Position numbers and translations under genes: made by a program | NCBI RefSeq assembly: GCF_001194135.2 | Contig: NC_068981.1 | Location: forward strand, 113,118,035 to 113,153,293 | Source of the DNA: Octopus bimaculoides | Taxonomy: Eukaryota | Direction: 5' to 3' | DNA: 35,259 nt | The notes under the pieces: model-generated | Told to the model about the DNA's origin: nothing | Database searches by the model: none | The model's input: only the letters and a program-made list of their open reading frames with translations | Shown: positions 32,966 to 35,259 of the stretch, piece after piece | Layout of the letters: each line of letters starts with the position of its first letter | How positions within the stretch are numbered: the stretch's first letter is position 1

Positions 32966-33340
32966 GGTGCAGGCATGGCTGTGTGGTAAGAAACTTCCTT
33001 CCCTACAACATGGTTCCAGGTTTAGTCCCACTGCATGGCACCTTAGGCAAGTGTCTTCTACTATAACCTTGTGCTGACCAAAGCCTTGTGTGTGAATTTG
33101 GTAAACAGAAACTGAAAGAAGCCTCTCATGTGTGTGTGTGTCCTCATGTCTGTGTTTGTCCCTCCATTACCACTTGACAACTTGTGTTGGTGAGTTTATA
33201 TCCCTATGACTTAGTTCAGAAAAAAGTTCAGCAGAATAAGGTTTAAAAAAAAAAAAGTCCTGTTCAATTAAAAGCCTTCAAGGCAGTGTTCCAGCATGGC
33301 TGCAGTGAAATGACTGAAACAAGTGAAAGAATGAAAAGAA
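32966..33340 (+). mobile_element. SINE family 1, full length, 21 nt downstream of the exon E donor
   Basis: Head, core and tail as in the other copies. Confidence 0.85.
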
Positions 33341-33521
33341 AGAATATATGCAATTGTGTAAATGTAAATTTACCCATGCATTCAGATGCATGCATGCGCA
33401 TCCACACACACACACATTGTTGTGAATAGCTGTTTAAAAAAGAAACTAAGGAAATCAGAACTCCAACAAATTTGACTGGTGTTGCTGATTTTGTAAGTAC
33501 TATAATCTGAAGAAATATATA

Positions 33522-33522
<1 letters not shown>

Positions 33523-33591
<69 letters not shown>

Positions 33592-33600
33592 CACACACAT
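33523..33600. repeat. (CA)n microsatellite
   Basis: Read directly. Confidence 0.95.
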
Positions 33601-33817
33601 ATGTGTAGCATGGTGATTTTGCTCACAGTGGGGGTGGTTATCTTCCCTGTCAATGCATAGACATGTGCTTTTTTGTTGCTGTAAGGGTCTTTGATCCTTA
33701 TTTCTAGCAATGTAGTTGCTACCCTGCATTGTCGGTCACAATTAGTGACAATTCGATTTTGCCTTTTTGGTTGTATATTGCATATAGCCACCTTCATACA
33801 CATGTTACAATGAAGTA

Positions 33818-33856
33818 GAGAAATTTGAAAAGACAAAACGAAACCGGTTATTTCTC
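33818..33856 (+). ncRNA. Minimal type I hammerhead motif (U3/A8 variant, GUU triplet)
   Basis: Helix I GAGAAAT/ATTTCTC (7 bp); core TTGAAAA 33825-31; 1-bp helix II G33832-C33839; GAAA 33840-43; palindrome ACCGGT 33843-48; U17 at 33849. Confidence 0.6.
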
Positions 33857-35070
33857 CAAAATACAATGTTTATATACCAAAAAAATTTTATAACATTTTT
33901 CTGACATAATTTAAATATATACTTTAACCATGTAACACAAGCCTTCTGTAGTTTTTTCACTCTTATTATCTCTTATANNNNNNNNNNNNNNNNNNNNNNN
34001 NNNNNNNNNNNNNNNNNNNNNNNNNNNNNNNNNNNNNNNNNNNNNNNNNNNNNNNNNNNNNNNNNNNNNNNNNNNNNNNNNNNNNNNNNNNNNNNNNNNN
34101 NNNNNNNNNNNNNNNNNNNNNNNNNNNNNNNNNNNNNNNNNTATATATATATATATATATGATCACTTCATAGATTTACTTTGAAGTGAAATAGTAACAT
34201 GCACAAGAGACAAGTGATTGTTAAAGTTTATCATTTTATGACATTATTTTAGAATGTTTATTTATCATATTTTCCTAAAAGTCAAAAGAAATCTGTTGTT
34301 AAAAATAGAATTTGACTTTGGTATTTTTTCTCATCTGTTTATATTCATTTTTCTGTGTTCTTTGTTACTGGAATGTTAGGAATAAGAGTTTAGGTATAAA
34401 ACAAAGAGAAACTAAAGATGATCTAACAGTATTTTGAACCCTACTCATCTGAAGACTCACACCCATATAGCTACTGTTGAATCATATTAATGCCATAGCA
34501 TTCAGCAGTTACCAGCTGATAATGATGTGGTGAAACAATTGTAATGATTTCTAATAAAGCCTGTTCATTCCATCTTCTCATACTAAAATTCTTTTGCATT
34601 TACTCTATGCATACTTGTGGATTTCTACATGTATATCCAGTAAAAGAAGAAGTCCAACTGTATAATAGTGTCTGGTAGCTGATACACAAAGAGGAGCTAT
34701 TTTTCACTCACATGAATGTGTATCTTTCCATGCTACTCTACTTATAAGCCTCTCTATTTCTCTGTCACACTCTAACCTTTCATCATCTGACACATAAGCT
34801 GAGCATTCCATCAACAGAGAAGGAGATGTCAGAGAGATGTAAAAATGAGGAAATATCTCTAGTCAAGGATATTACTATATTCCAGTTTGTCAAAAATGTG
34901 GGAGGGATCACAGTAAAATAGGTATGCATTATGTACTTCCATGATTTAGTAATTAATCCTCTGGTTTGAACTAAAATTTTTAGTCACAGTTGAAACCAGA
35001 GTTCTTGTGATAAACCAAACTGAGCACTCATGGTACATACCTATTATTTTATGTCAGTTGATGAAAACTC

Positions 35071-35110
<40 letters not shown>

Positions 35111-35115
<5 letters not shown>

Positions 35116-35216
35116 GTAAAAATATGTGACAATTATTCAGTAGCCAATTATTCGGATGCCAGAAAGTCGTAGTTTTATCATGGCTATCGAATAATTGTCA
35201 CGTATTTTAACAGATA
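35111..35216. repeat. 106-bp imperfect hairpin (MITE-like) directly after (TA)n 35063-35112
   Basis: TATCTGTAAAAATATGTGACAATTATTC / GAATAATTGTCACGTATTTTAACAGATA, 26 of 28 matches, plus an inner TAGCCA/TGGCTA. Confidence 0.85.
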
Positions 35217-35259
35217 AATTCGTCTATTTACATAATATCGAGGTCTCTTTCTTTCATTT

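Noticed and set aside
32945-35259. Next dynein exon (expected G-(I/L/M)-L-F...)
   Set aside because: No AG-preceded matching frame found; it presumably lies beyond the window.

Overview
AT-rich, repeat-dense eukaryotic genomic DNA with four N-gaps; the repeat content suggests an octopus/cephalopod (inference). The only host coding sequence is five internal + strand exons (1655-1937, 2475-2648, 4747-5052, 31747-31914, 32705-32944; 1171 nt, all GT-AG, in frame). They encode the AAA2-AAA3 region of an outer-arm beta-type axonemal dynein heavy chain (DNAH9/11/17 family). A 26.7-kb intron and the flanking introns hold Penelope-like elements (PLEs), Tx1/L1-like, RTE and CR1/L2-group LINE relics, tRNA-derived SINEs, mariner, Helitron and MITE remnants, and microsatellites. 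The most notable signal is four type I hammerhead ribozyme motifs (1279-1364, 8762-8852, 10045-10130, 33818-33856), all sense to the dynein pre-mRNA. Each has a different palindromic helix III; three have a long helix II and one is minimal. The intact copy overlaps the 3' end of a putative 77-nt spliceosomal intron whose removal would destroy helix I. A 387-bp fold-back palindrome and a LINE/SINE shared 3' stem-loop tail are also present. All alignments and folds were done by eye.
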